Assembly (NCBI GenBank): GCA_963832365.1
Contig: CAWHUL010000030.1
Location: 85,222 to 149,221 of the forward strand
Direction: 5' to 3'
Length of the DNA: 64,000 nt
Source of the DNA: an uncultured Acidobacteriota bacterium
Lineage (GTDB): Bacteria; Acidobacteriota; Terriglobia; Terriglobales; Acidobacteriaceae
In this document: positions 1 through 8,899 of the stretch, in pieces
How the letters are laid out: every line of letters starts with the position of its first letter
How positions within the stretch are numbered: position 1 is the first letter of the stretch
Made by a program: the position numbers and the translations under genes
The notes under the pieces: model-generated
Databases searched by the model: none
Seen by the model: only the letters and a program-made list of their open reading frames with translations
What the model was told of the DNA's origin: nothing

Positions 1-639
1 GCCCGTCGTTCCCGTTGTTCCTGACGCGGTTGTTCCCGTCGTGCCTGAGGTGGCGTCGGTCGTATCGGTAGTTGCAGGCGTTCCTGTGCCGGCAGGCACC
101 CCACTCGTTGCAGTCGTACTGCCCGGGGTTGCGGCGGCATTGCCGCCCGCCGCTGCCGTGGCCGCGTTTTGCTGTCCGGATGTGCTGCCGAATTTCATGT
201 TAAAGAGTCCGGATTGCGATCCGGATTGCGAAGGCTGACCCGTGGTGCCAACGCCTGCGGCTGGAGTGCCGATGCCTCCGGCTGGCGAGAGCAACTGAAT
301 TTCACCAAAGCGCACCAGACGCCACGGACCACCCGTAATGGGGTCTTTGTACCGCTTGCGGATAAATTTGATGGTGTTTGTATTCTCGAGATCCTCAATG
401 CGGCCGGGGTAGCGGTTGAATTTTTTGTAATAGCGCTGGATGCCGCGGGCGTATTGTTCACCGCGATGAATCATTTCGATCTCGCGGTCGCGTTGGATCT
501 GTTGCGCCAATCGGGGAGCAGCCGCAGTCAGGGCGATCATCATCATGGTCAGCACGACCAGGAAGATGATCAGCATGTAGCCTTCCTCGGAACCTTGGTT
601 TCGGTCTCGCCGACGTCTTATAGAACTGCTATACCGCAT
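1..639 (-). CDS. pilin-like/pseudopilin-like protein, partial (C-terminus beyond window start)
   Basis: Absent from the ORF track because there is no stop in the window. Reverse translation from ATG at 639-637 gives MRYSSSIRRRRDRNQGSEEGYMLIIFLVVLTMMMIALTAAAPRLAQQIQRDREIEMIHRGEQYARGIQRYYKKFNRYPGRIEDLENT... This is a basic leader, a Gly and a hydrophobic helix like a prepilin N-terminus (no Glu at +5), then a Thr/Gly/Ala-rich low-complexity tail. It lies 16 nt downstream of the PilP-like gene on the same strand. Confidence 0.45.
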   Translation of the reverse strand, partial: MRYSSSIRRRRDRNQGSEEGYMLIIFLVVLTMMMIALTAAAPRLAQQIQRDREIEMIHRGEQYARGIQRYYKKFNRYPGRIEDLENTNTIKFIRKRYKDPITGGPWRLVRFGEIQLLSPAGGIGTPAAGVGTTGQPSQSGSQSGLFNMKFGSTSGQQNAATAAAGGNAAATPGSTTATSGVPAGTGTPATTDTTDATSGTTGTTASGTTGTTG

Positions 640-654
640 GAATGAATCCTGGGA

Positions 655-1215
655 CTAACCCTGCGTCAGGGGCAGCGTCTGGCGTGCATTGCTGATAACG
701 TCCTCAACCTCGACCGAGGCGGGCGTGATGCGCAGAATCTTGTAGCGCCGATTCACAATATCGCCCTGCTTTGCCACGAACACGTCACCGCCCTCTGAAA
801 GAAATATCTTGTTCTCCTCACCTTGCCGCTTGGAATAGCCGAAATATTTGAGATTGATGGGCGGAGGAGCAGGCGGCCCTTTTTTTAAGGCCTCCTGCTG
901 CTTTATCAACGCAGGAGTAATAGGCTTAGGAATCACCGGCTCGGCCCCCGCGCGAAAAATATTCCGGCCGTTCCCTTTGTATTCGACGTCCTCGGCGTTC
1001 TTCAGCAGATCGACTCGCAACCGCGGATCGAGATTATTTTCCGGCAGGAGTTGTGTTGCTGCCTTCTCGCCTGTCACAGGCTGCAAGGTCGGCGGGCCGG
1101 ACACGGTGCTCTCCGACGGCATGTTGTAAAACCCGCGGATCAGGAAGAACACGCCGAGCAGCAGGAGAACGCCCGCAACCGCGATCTTCTTCGGGTTTTC
1201 CGTTCCGAGCTTCAC
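655..1215 (-). CDS. PilP-like pilus assembly protein
   Basis: 186 aa. N-terminal TM anchor (IAVAGVLLLLGVFFLI), Pro-rich linker, and a C-terminal beta-rich domain (KIFLSEGGDVFVAKQGDIVNRRYKILRITPASVEVEDV) resembling the PilP/GspC HR domain. Overlaps the pilO stop by 4 nt. Confidence 0.45.
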   Translation of the reverse strand: MKLGTENPKKIAVAGVLLLLGVFFLIRGFYNMPSESTVSGPPTLQPVTGEKAATQLLPENNLDPRLRVDLLKNAEDVEYKGNGRNIFRAGAEPVIPKPITPALIKQQEALKKGPPAPPPINLKYFGYSKRQGEENKIFLSEGGDVFVAKQGDIVNRRYKILRITPASVEVEDVISNARQTLPLTQG

Positions 1216-1784
1216 AGCTGCGCCGCCCTCTGCCAGGTCTGCATTTTAAGGCTGAGGCGGATGGACCCGCCCTGCGATTCAGCCAGGTTCACGCTTCCAA
1301 TCACCAGGAGCATTTTGCTCCTTTCCAGGGCGTTGATAAACCGGATTTCAGAGTCATAATTGCCCGTCATATCCAGCGACAGATCAATTGCAGTAACTTT
1401 TGTGTTCACCGCGTTCTTTGCTTCGGCGGCAGTGGGTTTCAAGGGGATGTAGGTTATGTTCGTCAACTGGACGTGACTTTCAGCGGCGGCCTTGGCCAGC
1501 ACTTCGGAGATTTCCGAATAACGGCTTACGAAGTCGTGGGTATAGAAATCGGAAATCTGGGTACGCGCCTCCGCCAGCTTCTTGTCCATGTCGAGCGCCG
1601 GAACTGCCTGGATGCGCTTCTGCGCCAACTCCGCCTGCAACGTCTGCAACTCCGCCTGCGTGCTCTTGCTGGAACGTATGGCCGGCGACAGCAGCAGGGC
1701 GAGTGCGGCAACATCGATGAACGCCAAGCAGACGATGACCACGATAAGACCTCGTTGAGCTTGCGCCACATTACGCATCATCAT
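1212..1784 (-). CDS. pilO: type IV pilus assembly protein PilO
   Basis: 190 aa with a single N-terminal TM helix followed by a coiled-coil-like segment. Sits directly after PilN with 4-nt overlaps on both sides. Confidence 0.6.
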   Translation of the reverse strand: MMMRNVAQAQRGLIVVIVCLAFIDVAALALLLSPAIRSSKSTQAELQTLQAELAQKRIQAVPALDMDKKLAEARTQISDFYTHDFVSRYSEISEVLAKAAAESHVQLTNITYIPLKPTAAEAKNAVNTKVTAIDLSLDMTGNYDSEIRFINALERSKMLLVIGSVNLAESQGGSIRLSLKMQTWQRAAQL

Positions 1785-2614
1785 CGAGCCGCCCCCTTGC
1801 CGTTCGCCGCCTTCGGCTTGGCCGCGCTGTCTGTCTGGGCACCGCCGACTTTCTTCTTATCACTCTTGTCGCCGGCTGGCCTGAGCGCCTTATCACCATC
1901 TGTCTTGGCCGTAGCAGGCTTAGCTACCTTGTCGCCATCTTTCTTAGTTGTATCTGGCTTGGCGGCCTTGTCGTCGTTTGTCGTCTGCGGCTGAGGTCCT
2001 TTGTCCGCAGCGGCTCGTTCCGGCGTCGCCTTTGGTACGTACAGCATGGAGATATCGAACTGCACGCGATCACCGCCGGCCAAAATCGGTGCCCCGGGCG
2101 TATTCTGCGCTACCGTCTCCGACCGCAATTCCGGCTGCTGGAATGAAGGCGAGTCTTCGAGGCGGCGCACCAATTCCACCGCCTGCTCCCGCGCGTCGCC
2201 GGCGACCACCATATGAATTTCGATCTGGTTGCGTTTGTTCAGCGATGGAGCGATCGAAGTCACATGCAGCCTGGCCGGCATGATGCGCTCCAGCTCCATA
2301 AACAACAGGGTCCAGGAGAAGCTGCGCCGGGCGATCAGGCCGTTGAGAAATGCCGACTGATTGGCGACCGCACGATTCTGCGGCTGGTTCAGCAGTGCAA
2401 TGCCGGATTCGCGTTGGCGATTCAGCGTGTCAATCTCGTTTTGGACCACCGCAACCTCAGCCCTGGCGCTGCGGGTCTTGCTCCATGCGTGAAATGTGTA
2501 CCAGCACAAGCCCGCGGTCAGCAGCGCAAGCAGAACTGTCCCCGTTCCCCAGGTTCGCAGAAACTGCCGAACATCCCTGTAAGGCCGAGTCGCGAGATTG
2601 ATATCGAGTCTCAT
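1781..2614 (-). CDS. pilN: type IV pilus assembly protein PilN with long charged C-terminal tail
   Basis: 277 aa. N-terminal INLATRPYRD motif plus a TM helix typical of PilN. The last ~85 aa are a Lys/Asp/Ala/Pro-rich low-complexity tail. Confidence 0.65.
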   Translation of the reverse strand: MRLDINLATRPYRDVRQFLRTWGTGTVLLALLTAGLCWYTFHAWSKTRSARAEVAVVQNEIDTLNRQRESGIALLNQPQNRAVANQSAFLNGLIARRSFSWTLLFMELERIMPARLHVTSIAPSLNKRNQIEIHMVVAGDAREQAVELVRRLEDSPSFQQPELRSETVAQNTPGAPILAGGDRVQFDISMLYVPKATPERAAADKGPQPQTTNDDKAAKPDTTKKDGDKVAKPATAKTDGDKALRPAGDKSDKKKVGGAQTDSAAKPKAANGKGAAR

Positions 2615-2623
2615 CGAATGCCC

Positions 2624-3511
2624 TCAGCCGAGAAGCGCTCCGGCCACAGCGGAAAGTTCAGCCTGATTCTGTGTTTCCCCGGGGATGCCGAACGCAATCA
2701 TCTCCTCAACCGGCAATCCTGTGTATTGTTCCAACGGCGGTGCAATGCGAGAAAAGTCGGGCAGCCCGGCGATCACCAAGCGTTCAACGCTCATCTTGAA
2801 ATTGTCCGCGAAGTACACCACGGAAGGATAGATATCCTCAGCCAACTGCTCAGCCGTCAGGCTGCTCTTGCCGGCGTGTTCGAGCGTGCGGTACAGCAAC
2901 AACTGGTTCGCCTGCACGATCGCAAGGCTGCTGCTCAGCGGGTCGACCTTGAGCGCCATCGTAGGCTCCGAGGCGTCAATCAGCGCCAGTGCTGAAATCG
3001 TCGACGGCAGCACAACTCCAGGATTGCAGCCCAGCTCCCGAAACAGCGATTCGTAATCGTTCAGCACCGCATCGAGCATCACCGCGGCGATAACCTTTAT
3101 GCCCTTTGCATCACGCACGGAGTGATAGCTGATCGCAGCCTTTTCGGCATCGAAGGGCAGCGCCTTCTTCAGCCGGAAGCGCACGATGGCATGCGCCTCT
3201 TCCTTGCGCTCGGGAAGCGTGTCGAAGTCGAGCAGGGCGATGCGGCAAGCGGCGTCGGGCACAATCGCGATGATATCGTGCGCCTGGGCGCCAACCGCTT
3301 CCAACACCTTGCCGACGGCTTCTTTCACCACCTCGCGTTGCAGAATGTTCTCCGTCAACAGGGAAGGGACGAGGGCGCCGGCGGGAAGCGAACGCGTGCT
3401 CAGTTGTTCCACCTCGTCGCCGATAGCCGCGGCCCGGGCTGCGATGACTGCCGTTGGCGTAATCTCGCAGGCGTACATCGGTCCGACAGCCGTTCTTTTG
3501 CGTTCCGACAT
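2624..3511 (-). CDS. pilM: type IV pilus assembly ATPase-fold protein PilM
   Basis: 295 aa cytoplasmic protein, first gene of the pilMNO block immediately after pilB. The call rests on the PilM-like length and position. Confidence 0.65.
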   Translation of the reverse strand: MSERKRTAVGPMYACEITPTAVIAARAAAIGDEVEQLSTRSLPAGALVPSLLTENILQREVVKEAVGKVLEAVGAQAHDIIAIVPDAACRIALLDFDTLPERKEEAHAIVRFRLKKALPFDAEKAAISYHSVRDAKGIKVIAAVMLDAVLNDYESLFRELGCNPGVVLPSTISALALIDASEPTMALKVDPLSSSLAIVQANQLLLYRTLEHAGKSSLTAEQLAEDIYPSVVYFADNFKMSVERLVIAGLPDFSRIAPPLEQYTGLPVEEMIAFGIPGETQNQAELSAVAGALLG

Positions 3512-3534
3512 TTATCTTTGTCCGTTGATATCTC

Positions 3535-5172
3535 TTACCGCGTCGTTTCAATGAAGGTGACCTTGTTGATCTCCTTCAGCGTGGTAATGCCGGCCTTGAC
3601 CTTGGCCAGAGCCGACTCCCGGAGAAAATGCATGCTGTCTTCGCGTGCTGCCTTGCGAATCTCCGAGCTCGGCCTCTTCTCCAGAATCATCTCGCGAATG
3701 CGGTCGGTTAACTCCAGCAATTCGTGAATTGCGGTTCGTCCCCGGAAGCCGCTGCCGGAACACTCGATGCAGCCCGCCCCTTCGTAGAACACGATGGTTT
3801 CATTGGCGTCCGGCAAGAGACCGCTGCTTTCAAGCAATTCCGGGGGATAGTGAACGCGACGTTTGCAGTGCTCGCAGATCACGCGAACCAGCCGCTGCGC
3901 CAGAATGCAGTTCAGCGAAGAGACGAAGTTGTAGGCCTCGACTCCCATGTTCAGGAACCGCCCGATCACGTCGACCACGTTGTTGGCGTGGACCGTGGTG
4001 AAAACCAGGTGGCCGGTCAGCGCCGAGTTGATGGCAATCTGCGCGGTTTCAGTGTCGCGGATCTCGCCCACCATGATCTTGTCCGGGTCGTGACGCAGGA
4101 TGGAGCGCAGGCCGCGGGCAAAGGTCAGGCCCTTCTTTTCGTTGACCGGGATCTGCGTGATCCCGCGAATCTGGTACTCGACAGGATCTTCGATGGTGAT
4201 GATCTTGTCTTCATCCGTCTTGATTTCGTTGAGCGCCGCGTACAGAGTCGTGGTCTTGCCGCTGCCCGTGGGGCCCGTCACCAGCACCATGCCGTAGGGC
4301 TCGGCGATATAACGGCGGAACTTCCTCAGATCCTCGTCGCTGAAACCGACCACATCGAGCGAGAGCTTCTTGAATTTCTCGCTCATCGACTCTTTATCGA
4401 GCACGCGCAGCACGGCATCCTCGCCGTGGATGCTCGGCATGATGGAGACGCGAAAGTCGATGGCTCGCCCGTTGTAGCGCACGCGGAAGCGGCCGTCCTG
4501 CGGCACGCGCCGCTCCGAAATATCCAGTTCGCTCATCACCTTCACGCGCGAGATGATGGTCTGGTGATGCTCCTTCGCGATCGGCTTCATCGCTTCCTGA
4601 AGCACACCGTCGATGCGGTACTTGATGATCACGGAATCGTCGCGCGTCTCGATGTGAATGTCGCTGGCTCGCCGCTGCAAGGCCGTGAAGATCGTCGTAT
4701 CCACCAGGCGGATGATCGGACTGATGTCGCTTTCCTGGGTGAGCCGCTCGAACGAGATGGTCTCGTCCTGTCCGTTCTCGTCTTCGCGGATCACGTCCAG
4801 CGTAAAGGTCTCGCCGGCCTCGTCCAACACGCGCTGCGACTGTTCCGTCTTCTTGAGAATGTCGCTGATCTGCGACAGTGTGGCCACGCGCGGAACAATC
4901 CGGCGCCCCAGCAACAAGCTGATCTCGTCGATGATCGGCAACTGGCCAGGATCGGCGATGGCGATTGCCAACCGGCCGTCGGGCAACTCCTCCAGCGGAA
5001 TAAAATTGTCGCGGAACATCAGATCCACCGGAACCTTGCGAAACAGTTCGTGGTGGATGTGATGATTCCTCAGGTCGACAAACTCGCATCGATAGCGGTT
5101 GGCCAGCTCACGTGCCCGGCTTTCTTCGCCGCCTATTTCCGCTATTGGAGCCTGAACAAAAAGTTGAGACAT
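3535..5172 (-). CDS. pilB: type IV pilus assembly ATPase PilB (GspE family)
   Basis: 545 aa. Walker A GPTGSGKTT, conserved MVGEIRD motif, and C-terminal Cys pairs CEHC...CIEC typical of GspE/PilB. Confidence 0.9.
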   Translation of the reverse strand: MSQLFVQAPIAEIGGEESRARELANRYRCEFVDLRNHHIHHELFRKVPVDLMFRDNFIPLEELPDGRLAIAIADPGQLPIIDEISLLLGRRIVPRVATLSQISDILKKTEQSQRVLDEAGETFTLDVIREDENGQDETISFERLTQESDISPIIRLVDTTIFTALQRRASDIHIETRDDSVIIKYRIDGVLQEAMKPIAKEHHQTIISRVKVMSELDISERRVPQDGRFRVRYNGRAIDFRVSIMPSIHGEDAVLRVLDKESMSEKFKKLSLDVVGFSDEDLRKFRRYIAEPYGMVLVTGPTGSGKTTTLYAALNEIKTDEDKIITIEDPVEYQIRGITQIPVNEKKGLTFARGLRSILRHDPDKIMVGEIRDTETAQIAINSALTGHLVFTTVHANNVVDVIGRFLNMGVEAYNFVSSLNCILAQRLVRVICEHCKRRVHYPPELLESSGLLPDANETIVFYEGAGCIECSGSGFRGRTAIHELLELTDRIREMILEKRPSSEIRKAAREDSMHFLRESALAKVKAGITTLKEINKVTFIETTR

Positions 5173-5190
5173 GAAAACCCCACAAAACTT

Positions 5191-6402
5191 CTAATGGCCA
5201 ACGCCCACGCCCATACTGAAGATAGGCAGGTACAGTGAAATCAAGATGAATGCGACGATGATTCCCATGAAAATCATGATCGCCGGCTCGATCAAAGCCA
5301 TCGCCGCCGTCAGCGCGTTCTGAACGTCCTCTTCAAAAAAATCGGCCACCGAATTCAGCATCGCCGACAAAGCCCCGGTGGATTCTCCCACCTCGATCAT
5401 CTCGACCGAAAGCGCCGGGAAAAGCTTTGTCTCTTCCAGACTGTGCGACAAAGTGCGCCCTTCGCGAACGTTCTGCGTGGCGTGCGTGATCGCGTTCTTC
5501 ATCAGCCGGCTCTGCATCGACTGCGATGCCGTATCCAGCCCCGACACCAAGGGTAACCCTCCGCTCAACAAAGTCGAAAGCATACGCGACAGCATGGCCA
5601 CCTGGTACTTGATCCAGATGCCGCCGAATATGGGCAGCCTGAGCTTAACCTTGTCGATCTGTTGGCCGCCCCGGTCGGTGAGCGACCAGCGATGCAGCAA
5701 GATTCCACCCGCCGCCAATGCCAGCACGATGATCGGCAGGTACGTCTTTATATTGTTGGCCATCGTAAGCGTAAACATGGTGATGGCCGGCAGATTCTCT
5801 CCCAAGTCTGCATACAATGCGCCAAACCGCGGAACGACGAACGTAACCAGAAAAGTAATCAAAACGGTGACGCCTACCACCAGCACCGCCGGGTAGATCA
5901 GCGACGTCACCAGCTTCTTCCGGAACGTCAACGTCAGCCGCAGAAAACCCAGGTAGCGCGCAAGCACTTCGTCCAGGTTGCCGCTCTTCTCGCCTGCCAG
6001 CAGCGTGGTCGAGTAAATTTTGGGAAATACCCCTTGTGCATCAAAGGCTTCCGAGAGGGGTTCGCCCCCCTTAACCCGGTCGCGAACGTCTTGCAGCACC
6101 GAGCGAAAGAACTTGTTTTTCTCGCGCTTAGCCAGCAAATCCAGTCCCTGTACGATCGGCAGCCCGGCGCGGAACAGGGTAAGAAACTGCTGGTTGAAAA
6201 TGACGAACTGGCTGAGTTTTACCTTGCGTCGAGACGAAAGCCGCCATCCCCGTTTCCCCAGTAGCGTCCGCGGCTTAATCGAGTAGACAAGGTAACCCTG
6301 CTGGACGTATCGGTTGCGAATCTCGTCTTCCGAGAATCCCTTCTCCGTCTGTTCGGTTACGTGGCCGCGTTCGTCGGCCACTTTGATCAGGTAATCTGCC
6401 AT
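5191..6402 (-). CDS. pilC: type IV pilus platform protein PilC (GspF family)
   Basis: 403 aa polytopic membrane protein with a duplicated T2SS-F-like organisation. Adjacent to pilB. Confidence 0.85.
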   Translation of the reverse strand: MADYLIKVADERGHVTEQTEKGFSEDEIRNRYVQQGYLVYSIKPRTLLGKRGWRLSSRRKVKLSQFVIFNQQFLTLFRAGLPIVQGLDLLAKREKNKFFRSVLQDVRDRVKGGEPLSEAFDAQGVFPKIYSTTLLAGEKSGNLDEVLARYLGFLRLTLTFRKKLVTSLIYPAVLVVGVTVLITFLVTFVVPRFGALYADLGENLPAITMFTLTMANNIKTYLPIIVLALAAGGILLHRWSLTDRGGQQIDKVKLRLPIFGGIWIKYQVAMLSRMLSTLLSGGLPLVSGLDTASQSMQSRLMKNAITHATQNVREGRTLSHSLEETKLFPALSVEMIEVGESTGALSAMLNSVADFFEEDVQNALTAAMALIEPAIMIFMGIIVAFILISLYLPIFSMGVGVGH

Positions 6403-6518
6403 GGCGGTTTCGATACTGGCTACAGGGCGGGCCCAAGCTGCTGAAGCCGATCACCGGGAACGGCGTTCAATCCAGTTTAACACTTGGAGAAGAACTGGAT
6501 TGTAGCCTAAACACCGTC

Positions 6519-7196
6519 TCAAGGCCCAAGTTCCGTCGCTCCAAGCACCTCCAGCCCCGGCGGTGGCTGGAACTGAAAGCGCTCATTGCGGATCGGCACG
6601 TTGTCGCGTTCGTCGCTCGAAGCGAAAGTCGGTAACCGAGCCGTCAAGAGAGTAGATGGAAATTCGGGAGATGCGGCTGTCCGGGGTGATTTCGATTATC
6701 ACTTTGGAAATGCGATCTTCCGTCCCCTTGGGCACGCCCTGAGAGGGCAAGATTCGTTGGCTGATCGAGCCGTTCGCCGGTGAGCAAAGGACAGGGAAGA
6801 GAACTCTTTTTCCAGCTTGGTATGTCCCAGCAGGTAGCGCAACGGCGATTTCAGGTCATCGAGACTCTTGACGGCGGCGCGGCGTGCCTGCCGCTCGCCG
6901 GGAACGTAGAACCATGCGGTCTTGCCATCTGTCACGAAGAGCTTCTTCACCGGAGTGTTGTACTCCCACCGCATTTTGCCCGGTTTTTTCAACCACATCG
7001 TCCCAGACTCGCTGCGCGCCAGCCCACCTCCGTGATAAGTCTCGCTGAAGCTGGCTTCGAGCGAGGCCAAGCCGTTGTAGTGCTTATCGACCCCGTCGGC
7101 AACGCGGTGCAGGTCGGGCGTCTGGGCGTGCAACCCGCCAAAATTAAAGAGACAGGGAAGCAGCGCAAGCAGGCAGACTTTTAACATTCGACTCAT
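6519..7196 (-). pseudogene. LolA-like outer-membrane lipoprotein carrier, reading frame broken twice
   Basis: The tracked ORF 6699..7196 has a signal peptide and LolA-like text (MWLKKPGKMRWEYNTPVKKLFVTDGKTAWFYVP), then degenerates. A second frame continues SPANGSISQRILPSQGVPKGTEDRISKVIIEITPDSRISRISIYSLDGSVTDFRF. After one extra nt near 6618 the original frame gives SDERDNVPIRNERFQFQPPPGLEVLGATELGP, with the stop at 6519-6521. Confidence 0.6.
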
Positions 7197-8098
7197 AAAC
7201 TTCCGGCTTTGGGCTTCGCCAGGAAGGACGGCTTCTGGCCCGGGGGTAGTCCCTTGGTAATAAAGGGCAGAGAATCGGGGCGGGAAACCTGTACTCGGCC
7301 ATCCACCAGCAAGTACGGATTGCCCAGCGGATCCACTGGCAACCGAGGCAGATACCCGGCTTGCACGAGTTGAAGAAAGCTTTCCGGCACGATTGCAGTT
7401 TCGTGCTGGTAACGACTTGCCATTGCCTGCAACCGCTCCACGTCATTGTCGACCTTTAGGGCAAGCAGGCGTTTCGCGGCGTTTTGGCGAATGTCCGGGT
7501 TATCGGAACTGTTGTAGATTTGCGTCCAGAGAAACTGCGCTGTTTCCGCCTCTCCGGCGTGTTGGGCAAGGGCTGCGGCCATCACCTTCATCCACGGCAG
7601 GGCTCCCGGAACCTTCGATCCTTGCAGGAAGGCCTCCGAGGCCGCTTTGCTGTCGTGCAGTTCGTCGAAATAGATGTATCCCAGGTGATACCAGAGGCGC
7701 CAGGCTTCGGGATTCTCTCGAATTCCTTTCTTTACCAAGGCAGCCGCTGCTTCGGGATCGCCGGCTCCTTCGGGTGGATTCTGGGCGAGGAAGATGGAGC
7801 CGAATTCGTAGGCGATCAGCAGGTGCGGATCGAGCGTCGTCGTAATGTCCAGCAGCGGCGCCAGCAACTTGTATTGTTCGGCCCGCAGGTGATGCTTGCC
7901 GCCAAAATACTGCACCACGCGCGTCCAGTACAGGTCCGCCATTAACCCGGTATATCCTAAACTTAATGCCTTGACTGCCTTCGGCGATGGAATATAAAGC
8001 GCTTCTTTCAGACTAACGCGCTCCCGCACGTCATCGCTTTTCCGCAGCGCCAGTACACTCAGGCTCAGGCACGAGAAAATCAGTATCCAGACGCCCAT
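7193..8098 (-). CDS. membrane-anchored helical-repeat (TPR-like) protein, function unknown
   Basis: 301 aa with an N-terminal hydrophobic anchor followed by helical repeat-like sequence. Overlaps the LolA-like start by 4 nt and lies downstream of the ABC-2 permease. Confidence 0.45.
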   Translation of the reverse strand: MGVWILIFSCLSLSVLALRKSDDVRERVSLKEALYIPSPKAVKALSLGYTGLMADLYWTRVVQYFGGKHHLRAEQYKLLAPLLDITTTLDPHLLIAYEFGSIFLAQNPPEGAGDPEAAAALVKKGIRENPEAWRLWYHLGYIYFDELHDSKAASEAFLQGSKVPGALPWMKVMAAALAQHAGEAETAQFLWTQIYNSSDNPDIRQNAAKRLLALKVDNDVERLQAMASRYQHETAIVPESFLQLVQAGYLPRLPVDPLGNPYLLVDGRVQVSRPDSLPFITKGLPPGQKPSFLAKPKAGSL

Positions 8099-8119
8099 GA
8101 CTGGCTTTGGTGCGGCTGC

Positions 8120-8899
8120 TCATTTCAGATTCCGGCGGTCGAAGATCAGCACCGCCACGCTGGTGACAGCCGTCGCATAAAGCAGGGCATAGAGGCTGTT
8201 GAACAGGATCAACTGGCCGGGTACCGGCACGGAATGCGCCACCTCGGAAACTACATTGAAAACGGCGAAATTGGGCAGCACATACGCCAGTCCGGTGGTC
8301 AGCCAGTGGGTCGCTCCCCCGGCCATCGCCCCGAAGCCGCGAAGGTCCTCGGCGAACGTGCCGATCACGAACAACGAGAACGTGAAAATTGTGGAGAGCA
8401 GAGGCGATGAAAAGGTGGAAAACATCAGGGCCAGCGACGTTATGATCACGAACTGCAAAATGATGAAGTAGAGCGCCACCAGCAGAAAGCGGTCAGCCGG
8501 CTCGAACCGGTTCTGCAAGTAGAGCAGGGCCGCGAAAAAGCCGGCGCTCATGAATCCGGCGTTTACGACCAGTGTGCCAATCAGGCCCAATTGCTTGCCG
8601 ACAATGAACTCCCAGCGTCGCACCGGCCGCGCCGCCAGAACCGTGTAGAGAGTGCGGCGCTCGATCTCTTTGCTGACCAAGCCAATTCCCAGAAAGATGG
8701 CGATGACAATGCCGAACAGCGCAATCGCCGTCATCCCCAGGTTTACCAGCACCAGGCGCTCGATGCGGATCGAGATGCGTCCCATCAAAAGCGCTCCGCC
8801 AACCATCAGAATCGCAAAGACGACGAGGTTGTACAGCACGCGGTCGCGAACTGCCTCGCGGAACGTATTGAAGGCGATTACGCGAATTCTGCCGATCAC
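8120..8899 (-). CDS. ABC-2 type transporter permease
   Basis: 259 aa with about 6 hydrophobic helices. Overlaps the upstream ABC ATPase by 4 nt. Confidence 0.7.
   Translation of the reverse strand: MIGRIRVIAFNTFREAVRDRVLYNLVVFAILMVGGALLMGRISIRIERLVLVNLGMTAIALFGIVIAIFLGIGLVSKEIERRTLYTVLAARPVRRWEFIVGKQLGLIGTLVVNAGFMSAGFFAALLYLQNRFEPADRFLLVALYFIILQFVIITSLALMFSTFSSPLLSTIFTFSLFVIGTFAEDLRGFGAMAGGATHWLTTGLAYVLPNFAVFNVVSEVAHSVPVPGQLILFNSLYALLYATAVTSVAVLIFDRRNLK

Noticed and set aside
169-645. 158-aa plus-strand ORF at the window start
   Set aside because: The opposite strand encodes a pilin-like N-terminus that continues the pil operon. The plus-strand product has no features.
1053-1994. 313-aa ORF on the plus strand across pilO/pilN
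   Set aside because: It is antisense to the coherent pilMNOP gene chain and has Arg/Gly/Leu-rich shadow composition.
3724-5238. 504-aa ORF on the plus strand
   Set aside because: It is antisense to pilB, which has clear Walker motifs. The product is an Arg/Ala/Asp/His-rich high-GC shadow ORF with no motif.
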